Shown: positions 1 to 13,860 of the stretch, piece by piece
How the letters are laid out: the number at the start of each line of letters is the position of its first letter
How positions within the stretch are numbered: position 1 is the first letter of the stretch
Assembly (NCBI RefSeq): GCF_009914755.1
Contig: NC_060926.1
DNA: 64,000 nt
DNA from: the human T2T-CHM13v2.0 reference genome, Homo sapiens
Strand: one strand, 5' to 3'
Notes under the pieces: model-generated
Database searches by the model: none
The model's input: only the letters and a program-made list of their open reading frames with translations
What the model was told of the DNA's origin: nothing
Position numbers and translations under genes: made by a program

Positions 1-485
1 GTTCAAGGGATGGAAAAGAAGGCAGTGTGTCTGGATGAATGAGCTAGAAGGAGAGTAGTGGAAGGCGAGGCCAGGGATGTTGTGGGAGGGTGAATCATGT
101 AGGCTCCTATATGCCATTTTAAGTACCCAGGCTCTATTCTGAGGGTGATGGAAGCCAAGAAGTATTTAGAACAGGGGTGTGATGTCACCTGATACTGTAT
201 TTTGAAGGGATAATTTTAGCTGCTATGTTGAATTAGACTGTAGGAAGGAAAGAGGAGAAAACAAAACAATTACTTGAGAATATCCAGCCAAGAGAGAATA
301 CTGACTTGGGCCAAAATAAAATGAATGGAAATGATGAAGAGTCTTTATATTTAGAATATATTTTAAAGTAGGATTTGGTCATAGATATGGTCAAGCGTTT
401 TAGATTTGAGAATTTAGAGGGTAAATTAGTCATTCACCAAGAGGGAGAAGACTAAAACAATTCCACTTGGAGGGGGATGGGCAGA

Positions 486-985
486 TGTATATTATTCAGG
501 GTTCTCCAGAGAAACAGAATCAACAGAATACAGATATAGGTATGAAGAGATTTATTATAAGGTATTTGCTCATGCAATTATGAAGGCCAGTAAGTTCCAC
601 CATCTGGTGTCTGCAAGCTAGAAACCCAGGAAAGCCAATGGTGGTGTTGAAAGGCCTGAGAGCTAGAGACCCAATTATGGAGATTCCTGTCTGGGTCTGA
701 AGGCCTGAGAACAAGAAGTGTTGAGGGGAGGAAAAGATTGATGTCTCAGCTCACAGAGTCAGGCAGAGGGCCAGTGCAACCTTTCTCTACATTTTTGTTC
801 TATTTAATTGCTCAACAGATTGGATAAAGGCCACCCACATTGGGAAAGATCATCTGTTTTACTTTGCCTACCAATTCAGATGCTAATCTCTTCCAGAAAC
901 ACCCCCCAAACACAAGCAAAAATAATATTTAACCAACTATCGAGTGGCTCATGGTCCAGTCAAGTTGACTATAAAACTAACCATC
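486..985 (-). mobile_element. MLT2 (HERV-L) solo LTR, MLT2B-like
   Basis: cagggttctccagagaaacagaa...gtcaagttgactataaaactaaccatc matches MLT2 ends. Possible TSD gcaga/gaaga. Confidence 0.85.
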
Positions 986-2394
986 GAAGATGGTAAATCA
1001 AAAGTTTACTTTAGGACACAAAGTTTCAGATGCTTATCAGATAATCAAATGGGCTAAAGATAAATTTTGGGATTCTACTATTTAAATATGTTAATTAAAA
1101 CCATGAGGCTGGATGGTATTACTAAAGGAGTGTATGAGAAAGAAGAGTAGAGTTCTGAGGATTGACTATTCCAACACAGTATTCCAATATTTAGAGTTTG
1201 AGAGGTTAGGTAAGAAGTAAAGGGGAATTCAGTAAGTTAAGAGTGACACAAAGTGTGTGGTGATCTAGAAACAAAGTGTGAAAGATACATCAAGGAAGAA
1301 GGTTGACATTTGGGTCAAGTGCAGCTGATATGTCAAGAAAAATCAAGACTTGAAAACGATTATTCAGTTTAATAGAGAAAAGGGATTTGGTTCCTTGAAA
1401 AGAGAGTTTCGATAGAGTAGTGGGTGGAAGAAAACCCTGACTGAGGAGTGTTCCAGACAAAAGCTGGACATAATCAGAGGCAGCAGGTATAGACACCGAT
1501 TCAACTATTATTCTCTAAAAGGTGACAAAGAAGTGAAAAGTGACCAGAGGAGAATGAGGGGCATTTTGTTTTTCAGTTTGCTTGTTTAAAGATGGGAGAA
1601 ATCGCAAAGGTTTATAAATCAACTAGTACTATCTAGTAGAAAGGGGAAAACTTTTGAATCAGGAGAGCAGGAAGAAAATATTTAGATGGATGTCTTGAGC
1701 CAGGGAGGTGTGAGGCAAGTAGATCAATTACACAAATGGACATTTCATCCTTACCAGATGCACAGTCAGTTCAACCATGGAGGTATAAAGTATAATATAT
1801 GGGTGCAGATATAGGTATATAGATAGATGCAGTGATGAGAGCTTGTAGACACTGTCTGCTAATTTTCATTATTTTCTCAGCATAGTAGAGGGAGAGATAA
1901 TTGGTTAAGGGTGAGGATGGAAGAACTAGAAGTTTAGAAAAGAGAGAAGTATTAAACACTTGTATATGAGAGTGATAGTGAATGAACCAGGGCAATAGAA
2001 GAGAATGGCTCTGAAGTACTGAGGGCTCACTCGAGATTAAAGGTCATAAATATAAAGTGAGACCAGTCAGCCTGGTTTTATATATGTTGCTCCAACTGCA
2101 TTTTCTGTGTAGGTGCAGGGACAGTGAAGGTGGAGAGTCATATTTAAACAGGTTTAACATGTTTCCTAGAAAGTATAATAAGGTGAGATGGGTAAGAAAG
2201 TGGATAATATGTGTAAAGGAAATATCTGATGCCACATGACAGAATCTAACCTGAGTAAGAAAGCATCTACAGATGTGAGAGGATGGTGAAATACGGTAAA
2301 AAAGTGGCAGAATCCATAGATTATACCAATGTGCTCAAAGACTTGTTGAATTGGAGATACTAGGAAATATGAGATGAAAAGACATAGATAGATA

Positions 2395-2694
2395 TTTTTC
2401 TTTTTGTTTTTGACACAGAGTCTTGCTCAGTCACCCAGGCTGGAGTGAATGCTGCGGCACGATCATGGCTTACTGCAGACTAGACCTCCTGGGCTCAAAT
2501 GATCCTGCTGCCTCAGCTTCATGAGTAGATTGAACTACAGGCATGTGCCACCGTGCCTGGGAATTTTTACTTTTTGTAGAGACAGAGTGTCACTCCGTTG
2601 CTTAGGCTGGTCTCGAACTTCTGGGCTCAAGCAATCCTCCCACCTTGGCCTCTCAAAATGCTGGGATTACAGGTGCAAGCTAACACACCCAGCC
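2395..2694 (-). mobile_element. AluJ (AluJo-like)
   Basis: Full dimeric Alu in antisense with J-type gatcatggct and ctgggctcaagcaatcctcc. Confidence 0.9.
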
Positions 2695-3384
2695 ATATGA
2701 AGAGATGTTTGAAAAGCGGGATGCTTAAAATTAAGGCTATAAATGTGTTGTCTTTTCGTAATGAGGAGAACTATGTTATGGCCACAGGAGTGAATGACTG
2801 TGCTAGGGTGCAGGACAAGATCATTGGAACAAAGTTAGGCAAAGACTTTTGCAACTAGCTTATTCGAAAATTCATTGAAATGGATATTGAAATCGGCAAG
2901 AACCATAACTAAGTAGGACAAATATTGGAGTCAGTGGGTGACTACAAAAAAGAAGTGTGGTTTATGGTATGTTTATATCACATGATATTGAAAATTGATT
3001 GGTTACAGAGAAAAGGAAGGAAAGGGGCCTGGACGCAGCTATACTGGGCAAAGGCATCTACCCCATCCCAAGACCAGTGTCATAAGAAGTGTGAGAAAGA
3101 AAACAGCCATCACTAGAGAGGACAACAGGGAAAACAGGAAAATCATGGAAAAAGTGAAGAAAGCATTAAGAAACGGCTTGTAGACATGAGAGATAAAATC
3201 TCTCAATATAACTCTTATAAGCTCTTAAATAACTGAATTCTGGAAGACAGGGTGAAAGGTAACAGTGGGATGGAGTGAGACAAAGGGAGAATCCTTGAGT
3301 TTGACAGCTCAGGGTATGAAACCTGATATTCCTGTGGCAACGGACATAAACAGAGATAAAAGAAAAAAGATGGATCAATCTAGA

Positions 3385-3748
3385 CATGTCTGGGATTTGG
3401 GTTGAGCGGAGTTAGGCACCGACTTCAGCAGCAATATTTTAAGTAGTGCCAAATTTTAAAATCCATGATAAACAAATGACCATGAACAAGCAATGAGTTT
3501 CTGAAAAAAAAATTGTCAGAATTTTAAGTAAAAACAGAATCAGTATTACCGATTTTTCCTTTTGTCCCAGACTCCAATGTGCATGGGCATGGAACTGTTA
3601 TTAATCCATAGATGTTTTGCAATAATTCTGATTTTTATAAACATTGCACTAAGATAATATTGATCTTAATTGCTGAGACTTACTGGTGCCTCCTTAAGAT
3701 TTTACCCCTGAGGTCAGTGCCTCAGTGGCCTGATTCTGTCCTTCCCTG
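3385..3748. mobile_element. Palindromic hAT-type MITE, MER96B-like
   Basis: Central cagtattaccgatttttccttttgtcccagactccaat and end gaggtcagtgcctcagtggcc...ccctg resemble MER96B. Confidence 0.6.
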
Positions 3749-4434
3749 GGGGTAGAAAATGTGGGGAAGACCTGTGAGTGCTTTATGAGTAGGGACTAGC
3801 AGAGCATGCTGAGTCCTGGAGTTCTGCTAAACATATCGTAATCGTTGATCTCAGCCTGGAATCCTCAGATCTTTCTCTTGATTCTTGACCACGAAAGGTC
3901 AAGGTGAGGGGAGGACCCATCTCATCACCACTGCAAATTCATTTATCTTCTTTAGTAGTCAAGCTCTGAGACCTGGATTCAGAGGACCTGATGTATTTGG
4001 TATGCCCCGAAGAATGAGATGCTGCTTGATTGTCCAGAGAAAGAGGGAAAATAGCAGGGGTGATGGCCAAAATCTATGCCACTGTTTTTCTTAAATGTGA
4101 GTCATTGATTATAAGAAGGACTAGAAGTGTTCTTAGGAAAATGTAATTGCAAATGTGTTCATCTCAAACTTGCCTTGTCCATATTTGATCTTCTAATTTC
4201 CCATCCTCACCACAAACTCGGGCTCCTGCAGTCTTCCTCATCTCTGTACATAGCAACTCCATCCTTTAAGTTCCTTAGGACACACTCTGTGCTGTACTGT
4301 TTCTCCAGAGGCTACATAGTGATTAAGATGTAACAGGTAAACAAATGAATACAACATGTATTATGAACAAGATAGTGTATTTATCTGTGACAGAAATAAC
4401 ATATGATTAAGACATGAATGCTGTCACGGGAAAG

Positions 4435-4464
4435 CTTATAATTGAGTAACTACTCAATTATAAG
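4435..4464. repeat. Perfect 14-bp inverted repeat, 2-nt loop
   Basis: cttataattgagta-ac-tactcaattataag. Confidence 0.97.
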
Positions 4465-5138
4465 AAAAGGCATAGAATCTGTCTCCATCTCATTCCAAAA
4501 AGATAACAATCACTCTAAACGGATTGATGTAATAAAACTAATTTTAAAAACTTGGTGAAGATTGGGAGATGCTAAAGTAAAATGAGGGAAAAGAAAATCA
4601 AGTTAGGAGTATACCAAAGTTATACCAAAGGTCGAGAAGCTTTTTTAGAGATAAGGGGCAATTTTGACTCTGAGCTTGCTGATAGTATAAAGTGAAAAGT
4701 ATATTCAAACATTCAGTTTATCATTCTCCTAAGAATTTAAAATAGTAATGAATAGTAATAACCTTTCTTTAAAGAAGAAAATCTACTCTTGACAGTGAGG
4801 CCTGAGGGAATTTTGTCCCATGGGACCTTATAAAGGGGGAAAGTTTAACTGTAATAAATCAACGTTTCAACAACATTCCTGAAGTACATTTAGCAATGTT
4901 TCAGAGGTCTAGTCCAGGAAGTTCCATGATGAAGGACAATGACTGTCACAAAACTACAACTCAATGAAAGCCAAAACATTGTGTTCCAAGACCATAATGA
5001 TTTAGTATCATAAATTACACCAAGATTGAAATTTAAAGTAGCTAGAACAGCAACAGCTTTCACCTTTTGAAGATTTAGAAAACATTTTTGAAACCCAGTG
5101 TTTCACAAATAAATTAACCCTGAAAATTTTTTGAACAC

Positions 5139-5506
5139 TGATATGGTTAGGCTCTGTGTCCCTGCCCAAACCTCATCTTGCATTGTAATTCCCAGGTGTT
5201 TAGGGAGAGACCTGGTGGGAAGTGATTGGATCATGGGGGCGATTTTCCGCATGCTGTTCTCATGATAGTGAATTCTCACAAGATCTGATGGTATTGTAAA
5301 TGGCAGTTTTTCCTGTGCTGACACATGCTTTCTCTCGCCTGCCACCATGTAAGACGTGTCTGCTTCCTTCCACCATAATTGTAAGTTTCCTGTAATTGTA
5401 AGTTTCCTGAGGCCTTGTGGAACTTTAAATCAATTAAACCTCTTTTCTTCATAAATTACCCAGTCTCAGGTGTTTCTTTATAGCAGTGTGAGAATGGACT
5501 AATACA
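5139..5506 (+). mobile_element. THE1D/MSTA-type MaLR solo LTR
   Basis: tgatatggttaggc...gactaataca with 5-bp TSD AACAC (5134-5138, 5507-5511). Internal 17-bp tandem duplication at 5376-5409. Confidence 0.93.
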
Positions 5507-5589
5507 AACACCTTTACTCTTTTACCTTTTATTTTTATTTTTTGTGGGTATACCATGATTCAGGGAACCTAGTTTGTTCTAAAGCTATA

Positions 5590-5675
5590 GACACACACCC
5601 ACATACACACACACACACAAACACATAAACACACACACATAAACACACACATTATATAAACTATATATACATATA
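5590..5675. repeat. Imperfect (CA)n/(TA)n microsatellite
   Basis: acacacaccc...acacacacat...tatatatac. Confidence 0.85.
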
Positions 5676-6046
5676 AAATATGACAAAGAGAGAATTCTGC
5701 AGACAACCTTCCACAAATAGTCTTCTGATAATTATTCTCTAGACAACCTTTAGAACAATTTTCTTACAACCAATCTTTTATAAATATTTGGGATATTATA
5801 ATCTAAAAAATATTTGGACTACCATATTCTGTGTACTAATTTGATATAAATACTTTTATTTGACAGCAAGTCAAGCTGAGGATAGAGTTGATAGCATCTT
5901 ATGACCAGTTGAAGAATATAACCAGGGCTTATGCATAGACAAATAGTCACCCCACTTCATAATAATTAAAATATGATGAGTTAGGTGGGCTATCTTCAAG
6001 ACTAAAATACTTTTCACAAGAGTATAATTTAAAAAATAGTCGTATA

Positions 6047-6343
6047 TAGATGATCCCCATGTTATAATAGTTTGACATAATTGTTGCAAAAGCAATATGC
6101 ATTCAGTAGAAACTATACTTTGAATTTTGATTCTAAATTTTTTACATGTCTATTATAAAATAGGCTTTGTGTTAGATGATTCTGCTGACTGTAGACTAAT
6201 CTAAGTGTTCTGAGCACATGTAAGGTAGGCTAGGCTGAGCTATAATGTTCAGTCACTTAGGTGTATTAAGTGCATTTGCAACTTAGAAAATTTTTAGCTT
6301 ACAATGAGTTTATCCAACCCAATCTCACATCAAGGAGCACCTA
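6047..6343 (-). mobile_element. TcMar-Tigger MITE, MER47A-like
   Basis: taggctttgtgttagatgatt...aaggtaggctaggctgagcta...ggagcaccta, flanked by TA. Confidence 0.75.
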
Positions 6344-9300
6344 TATTTGACTTTCAAAAAAGAAATATTTATGAATATACTGATCTCTCTTAGAGGTTGG
6401 TTATTTTTATTTTCTAAGATATAAAATTAACAATTTTAATGCACTTAGTAACAAGTTGATCTCCAACAGCCAAACAAACAAGTAAGCTAGTTAAATAACT
6501 CAAAGAATCCAAAACCTCTAAGTTTCAACTCACAATTTGACTGTCAAGCAGCAAGTAACAAGCACACTCAAAAACAAAGAAAAAGAAACGCTTACTTCAT
6601 TCACTTTTCTGTCCATATGACAGGTTAGATGAATGTAAAATAGATATGAATGAGGTGGGAATAGTTCACAATCTCTTTACTGAAAAATCAATGAGGTGAG
6701 AGCAGACAAGTTAGTACTTCCCATTGTGCACTTGCTCTTCCTAGACAAAATTAAACATTTAACACCATTAACCTGTACCACCTGCCTCAACTCTTGCCAC
6801 CTTTTTCAGCTCTTGCCACTTCCTAAGACGCTGCTTCTAAAACACAAACACAGCAGCTTTTTCTTTCACTCATCTCTTCTAGACTCTTACATATTTTTGA
6901 GCCATGACACAGGGCTGGAACTAGCGTTATGCAACTACTACCACTAAAATTTTCCTGAAATCCATGTTAAGAATGCAAAAAAGATTTGGAGAAATTTGTA
7001 ATGATTGTGATTGATGTTAGCAATTGATGCTCTGAGCTTAATATTCAAAACCCTGAAAATAAAGGGGGATTTATTGAAAAGATATTCAATCTGCTTCTAA
7101 AAAAACTCTTTGTTTCTACTCAACATGCCAAACCAGTCATTTAAGAGTGCTAATTAAAAGTGCTTGACATATAGCCCAGGTCTCATCAAATCATTCTTGG
7201 GAGTTTACCAAAATGAACAAAATACCTTCGTATTTGTTTGCATTGTGAGAATTGTTAGTGATCTGAAGAGGTATTTGAGGAGAGTTTGCAAACATAGGGT
7301 CTATAATCTATGGTCCTCATTTCCTCCTTCCTTATCTAGCTTCCATGCGCTGTTTTATGGCAGCAATTTTTTCTGTGCTTACAGGTCTCCTCCCTGTCAT
7401 TAGTCTTTTGTGACCAGATCCCCTTTATTCTTCTACTTATTCATAAACCATGAGTCCCTCTCTTCAGAAGCCTTCAGTCAGAGCAGTAAAAAGTACTTTT
7501 CAATACTCTCCCTAACCATTCTATAGTTCATTCTTAAGTTTAAAAATAGTCATAGTGGAAGCATAACTTTTAAATTTCTCCTCCTTCTCAAGAGTTTGTT
7601 GTCGTTGCTTCCCACTGCTTCTCATTTAAAGATATTAATCATGAGAAGAGCAATAGAAGTAAATTGTTATGGCAGTTGGGTTGCCAGAGGACGCTCATTC
7701 TTACAAAACTTGAATTATGCCAGGTACCCACTAATTTAAACTATATCCTTTTTTCACATAATTAAAATGTTCATGTGACATAGACACAGGAATCAATAAT
7801 ATGATGTACCTTTCTTGCTTATCGGAAAGAAACAATAATAATTAAAGAATGCCTTCAGCATTTTGCATGACAGGTATTTCTAAATTTATGAATGTAAAAT
7901 AGTGATCTCCCTTTCGGGCAAGATCATGCTTTGCTATTGTGGTAATAATAAAAGCAGTGATGAATATCAAAATAAGAGAAAGCCTTCCTAATGATTCAAA
8001 AAATAGTTTTCCAACAATTTCTATCTTGCTAGGAGGAGCACAGCATATGAAAAAGTGTATTTAAGTGGAACCTAATCATCCATGAGAACCAAGATAAAAT
8101 ACTGAAGATGGGTAGAGCAAAAGAATTCAGATTTATTCAAGGAAGGTGCTCCAAGGTTTGGACTGACTATATGAAGGCACTAAAGGGAGATATGAAATAG
8201 TCTTCTCAAAGCAGAAACTTCAGAAAGGGAGCTATAATTGTTCAGAGTTTCTTTCATCATTCCAAGATGCCCTGTATTTATGTCTTTTTAAACAATATTG
8301 AAACTTTGGCTGAATGCTGGGAGGGACTAGATACCTGTAAAAAGCCTCATACTCTGCATGAAGGTTCAACTGAAAAGAACACTGAAAAATAAAGGCAAGG
8401 GTATCGCTGTGTCAGATTTAAAGGGGAAAGCAACACATCAGCTAGCAGCATAGATCCACTGGGAAATGTCTTTCTTATCCTCAAAATTAGCTTGACTAGG
8501 AACCCATAAACAATTATAGAAAAAGCCCAAGCATGTGACTTCCCTGCTTTCTCCTGCAGCCTTGTCCTTGCAATGGTGCAGGGTGGCCCCTGAGAAGAGT
8601 GAATTCACACAGTCTAAAATAATAATGGGAAAAATAATTCTACCCTTCACACATGTCTGAAAGTTCATCTACCTCCTCAACACCATCCTGGCACAAACTG
8701 GGGCCAAGAGCTGTTCATTCTATTCATTTTTCTCCCTTCAACAAAGAAGGAACATTCTCTGAGTACAGAGGACAGAGGAATTCCTTGGCCCTTTTATCCT
8801 TTCTTTTTCTGTTGGAGCCTGAGTCCTTGTTTATAAGCTTACATTTATAAGCTCAGTTCCAAAAACGGGTTTCTTTCAGGTATTTGGCAGACTGCTTTCC
8901 TTTAATCTTTCACTTTTTTAGAGTCATTTCAAAAGCAGCAGAAAGAAAAGTCAAAGGCAGTTGAAAAGAGGCTGCTATTCCACTAGCTGGAGATATCTTC
9001 ATGTTTTCTGAAAAACACAGACATGGGTGGTTTCCTGTGAATAGTTCAACAGAAGAAAAAGCAGGCTCTTTCTTCTCAGCTCATCTGCACAACACACCCA
9101 TCATAGACGTCAGTGAATCAAGTCATCTAATCTCACATGATGCAGATTCTTCTCCTCCTTTTAATTCTGTAAGTACAAAATGTTTCTCAACCAAGTTTAT
9201 CCAACAGAGCCCAGGTCCAGTCTGCACCTAGAGGCCTTAGAAAATCTATAATGAATGAGGCTGCAATACGTAATTTATTTGGCCCTCTAAGGTTATGTTT

Positions 9301-10329
9301 ACAGGGTAGACAGAAGACTATTACAGTAGGGCTATCCATTCAGTATTCCACAATGAATCAGATTTTGATGCTTAGAAAAATACAATCATATCATACAGGA
9401 TACAGAATAATTGAAGAAAACTGATCACTGGAGTCTTGCAAATTTACAAAGATGACCCACCCCCAAAAAAACTTGGCAATAACCTTGAAAAATACCATTT
9501 AAAAAATAACTATTTCTGATGAAATCGTTTACTGCTTGCCTTAAGAGAAATTTTCTAAGTAAGACATTTTTCCAAGTGGAGAATGCAATAGTGGCAGTGA
9601 CATTATTTGCAAATCATTGTAATATGATTCTATAGGCATATTATCACATTCTAAAGCAATTTCCAAATGTACCCAGCAATAGATTAAAATATGACAAGAA
9701 ACAGAACTGCAATGATAACAGAGTAAAAATATATATAAATAGAACTTAATATAGATCGTGCATAATTTAAGTAGATATAGATGTGTAGATATATTACTCT
9801 GAGTTTAAATTTGAATATGCTATCTTTAGTCTTAGTCTTTACACGTATTGGATGCATCACTTAGTTGTAATACTGAAGATATTACTATACATATGTAATG
9901 GATTTTTCTGTTAGAGTTGAGGTAACACAACCAGTTCCATATCTAGAGCTCCTGTAATAATCAATTCTATCTCATCTTCAAAATTATTTCTCTTCAGAGA
10001 AAACAAAGGCTATTTAGACCAGGGGCTGACTCTCAGTTAAATGAGTCCCTATAACACTTCCTACACTTTAGAAAATGTTTCTCCAATCACCTACCTACAC
10101 ACCATCAAGCACAAACATTATGATAAAATTCATGTGCAAGTGTCTATCAATCAGTTTTTAAGCCATAATATATCCAATAAAAGTTAATCTATTCTAGGTC
10201 TAAGATATTAGTAGGTTTCTTTTGCTTTCCATGAGGGACAGCAAGACATGGGACTAAGGAGTCAGTGTTCTGGCAGTCTATGGTGATAATTGACTATACG
10301 TGATAAATCAGATGGTCACATTGCTGCCA

Positions 10330-10620
10330 TGTGACAGACATTGTCTACTGCCTATTCAACTTTCCTCATTTTTCCTTCTAACTGAACTCCATTTGGTTTA
10401 CTTTCTTTCAAATAACCATGATTTTCAGGGAGCTGCTTTCAACAATTATTGGAGAAGAGTGAATCTGTTGACCTGTCTAAGCCTATTGCAGAGGTCTCAT
10501 ACCCCTTCCTGGGAAATGGGTTCAGGCATGAGCATAGGATAAAATTCTGTGATTTTTTTTCTCTTTTCACAATCTGTGGATGCTAATTTCTGTCTGTGAT
10601 GCCTGGTAATTTGATAGCCC
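10330..10620 (+). mobile_element. Ancient ERVL/MaLR LTR fragment
   Basis: The start tgtgacagacattgtctactgcct resembles old MLT1/LTR16-type 5' ends. Heavily decayed. Confidence 0.4.
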
Positions 10621-11419
10621 GCGAAGGCTTTCAAGGAATGGTTGCATTTGAAATCAAAGGTGTGATAGGCTCCCTAAGACAACATATCCAGAAAAGGGCT
10701 TCTTATATTTTGACAATTAATAAGGACAAAAGGAAGAAAGCAGCTTCAAGTTTGTAATAGTAAGAGAAACAGAACAAGCCAACAGACACCACCTCCAGCA
10801 GAGGTGGTGTCTTTTGCCTTGGCTGCAGTTCACTTAGCTGTGTCTTTGGTATTTTCCTCAATTAAACCAGAGCTAGGAAGAAAAGCAAATTTTCAACAAC
10901 TGAAGACAACATTTTGGTGCAGAGAAGTACTGCAGTCATACTACACTACTTAGAATGGCAAATCTAATGAACAAACTATGTCTCCTACAATGCCATGTTA
11001 GGGAGGACTCTGAGGCCTAGCCACTGCCTGCTTGAAAGACTGGTGCTTAGGGATGGATGTCTGCCTGGAGCCCAGTGTTGAAGAATGAGCTTGCATGCCA
11101 ATTATTTGTCATCTTTAGTTTTGTTGATTTAATTAAACTGTGTAATATATGTATATTGCACGTCTATTGAATCCAAAAGTATCTGGTAACAACAATTAAT
11201 ATTTCCATGTTAAATTTCTGCTCCTTATTTATTTATATAATCAGTAAATATGTTGGAAGGGAGAATGAATAACAATTTCTTTATAATGCACAGCAAGAAG
11301 TGATAAGTAGCAAGTACTATAACATAAAAATGAAAAACGTGCATTATTCCCTAATTAAAATTAAAGAGTTTATAGCCCTTTCTCTGAGATTTGATGGTTG
11401 ACTCCTCGAGGTATCTTCA

Positions 11420-11928
<509 letters not shown>

Positions 11929-12429
11929 AAGAGCGAGCCAAGAAAGAGAGATCATGGGAAATGGTCACCAACATTTCTTCATGTGCCATTCAACAACCAC
12001 CCAGGCAGTCTTATATTGGCCTTAACAGTGTTAATTAGCACAATGTTTGTCTTCTGGACACCTCCTGAATTCTTAATATTTTTGAAATAAAATAGGACTG
12101 CACCAAAAATAGATGGTTCCTACCCAAAACTCAATTAACCTAACCTATAATACTAAAATTGTTGTTACTGAAGCCCATTTTCAAAATCCAAACAAAAAGC
12201 AACTTCTAGTGTAATGAGAGAACCACTAGTGTTTCCAATAACTCACATACAAAAGATTAATTCTGGAAATGGTGATAAGCCCAGTTTGATGTAAAGTTTC
12301 ACCATTAGATGGTATCATCTATCAGTTTTAAATCTAGATGAGTTTTTTTAGCCACAATATTTTAATCATTGAAATAAACATGATGGAAGTTGAAAAGAAT
12401 TGTTTAAAATTATCCTTCTTTATACTTCT

Positions 12430-12615
12430 CTTTTCTAAACTGTCATAAAGTTAGTTTTCAGTAGAGTATAACAGAATAAAAAAATATCAGAATGCATAGT
12501 GTTTGCTTTGTAGCACTTTTATTTCTTTTATGCATATGTATTTGTATATTGAGTCATGTTGATTTCACAGTATTGTTTTTTATCAGTTGTGGTCAAAAAA
12601 GTTTGAAAGTCACTA
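12430..12615 (-). mobile_element. hAT-Charlie-type fragment
   Basis: End ggtcaaaaaagtttgaaagtcact resembles a Charlie TIR. Confidence 0.4.
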
Positions 12616-12929
12616 AGTTATACTAACTAAATAAACTTCCCTAATGCTATTTATCTATTCGATTTTTCAATGGAATCATCACTAATGATGTGTATATATA
12701 GAGATCTATGGGATGACTGGGAACAATGACAATATACTAAGTCTAATGCAGTGGATTTTTTTAATGTTGCATCCACACACTTATAATTTTCTCAAACAAA
12801 ATATCAAATATAAAACAGAAAAAGCCCACACAAAATTGCTCCATTTGGAGAAGGGATCTGCTCCCTGCTTCCAGCCACCCCTTTAGACTCCCCGGGGAGA
12901 AAGTGTTCACAACACGTGTGTCAGATCTC

Positions 12930-13065
12930 AGCTCCTCCACAGGGATGTCTGTCATCTTCAACAAGTTGTTCAACTTCTCTGGACTCAACTGTTCCATCGG
13001 TAGAATGTAGGATTTATCACCTTATTATTTTCACAGACAAATTGTGAGCATAAATTATGTAATAG
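12930..13065 (+). mobile_element. MIR fragment
   Basis: Degenerate core caagttgttcaacttctctggactcaactgttccatcggtagaatg. Confidence 0.55.
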
Positions 13066-13577
13066 ATTTCATCTCCCAAGTTCCTAAGTTGTTTCTCGGC
13101 TACTGTTTGGTGCCAACTCAATGTTTTTTCAATCATCACAAAGGGTCTTAAAATGTATCAAATAAATTCCTAATAACTAACATATTTAGGTGCCTGCAGC
13201 CCTTTCTCAAGATGGTTGAAGACTGTTAATGTTATTAACCTTTTATAAAGCCTGACTCAGAGACCTAGGAAAAACCGATGTCCTGTCTCTAGAAAGTGTC
13301 TCATCTCATCCTACACAGAATTCTATTATTTTAGCCTCATTCCTTCAGATCAAAGCCTAAATTGCATTAAAATATGAAAAACCAAATGAAAATATTGCAA
13401 GGGAGAGTAAATAGAATCATAGTTACTGAAAATTTAACTCAGGCACTTTTCTAGGAAGACTTTTTTTTCCAGAATATGGAAGTAAACCTAAGGGTACCAT
13501 ATGCCTAATAATAAAATAGTAATGCCACTGAGGTAAATCAAACAGGAAGGGGATAAATCAAACATCAAAGAAACTTC

Positions 13578-13621
13578 TGTCTACCACTATTGATGATATT
13601 GTCTACCACATATTGATGATA
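13578..13621. repeat. ~22-bp tandem duplication
   Basis: tgtctaccactattgatgata / tgtctaccacatattgatgata. Confidence 0.9.
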
Positions 13622-13860
13622 ATAATACCTTGCATTTGCATTTTGCTTGGTAGTTTACAAAACTATAATACCTCATATGTCGCACTGATTCAATCCCTGT
13701 AATATCCATGTGAAATATTTAGATAAATCTCTACAAATTATTTTTTCTAAAATAGTTAAGTAAAGTGAATCTAAGAAAAGCCTGAGTAAATTGCCTAATT
13801 TCAAAAGTTAGCAAGTAGTAAAAATATAACCTGGGAAAAGAACCTAGACCTTTGATGCTC
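13620..13860 (-). mobile_element. MIR fragment
   Basis: aataataccttgcatttg...taaattgcctaa...agttagcaagtag, antisense MIR pattern. Confidence 0.5.

Larger units (their letters stand above)
1..3380 (-). mobile_element. Long degraded L2 LINE, interrupted by an MLT2 LTR and an AluJ
   Basis: L2-like sequence throughout. Minus ORF 1290-1496 contains LIFLDISAALD, matching the L2 RT motif LILLDLSAAFD. Confidence 0.75.
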
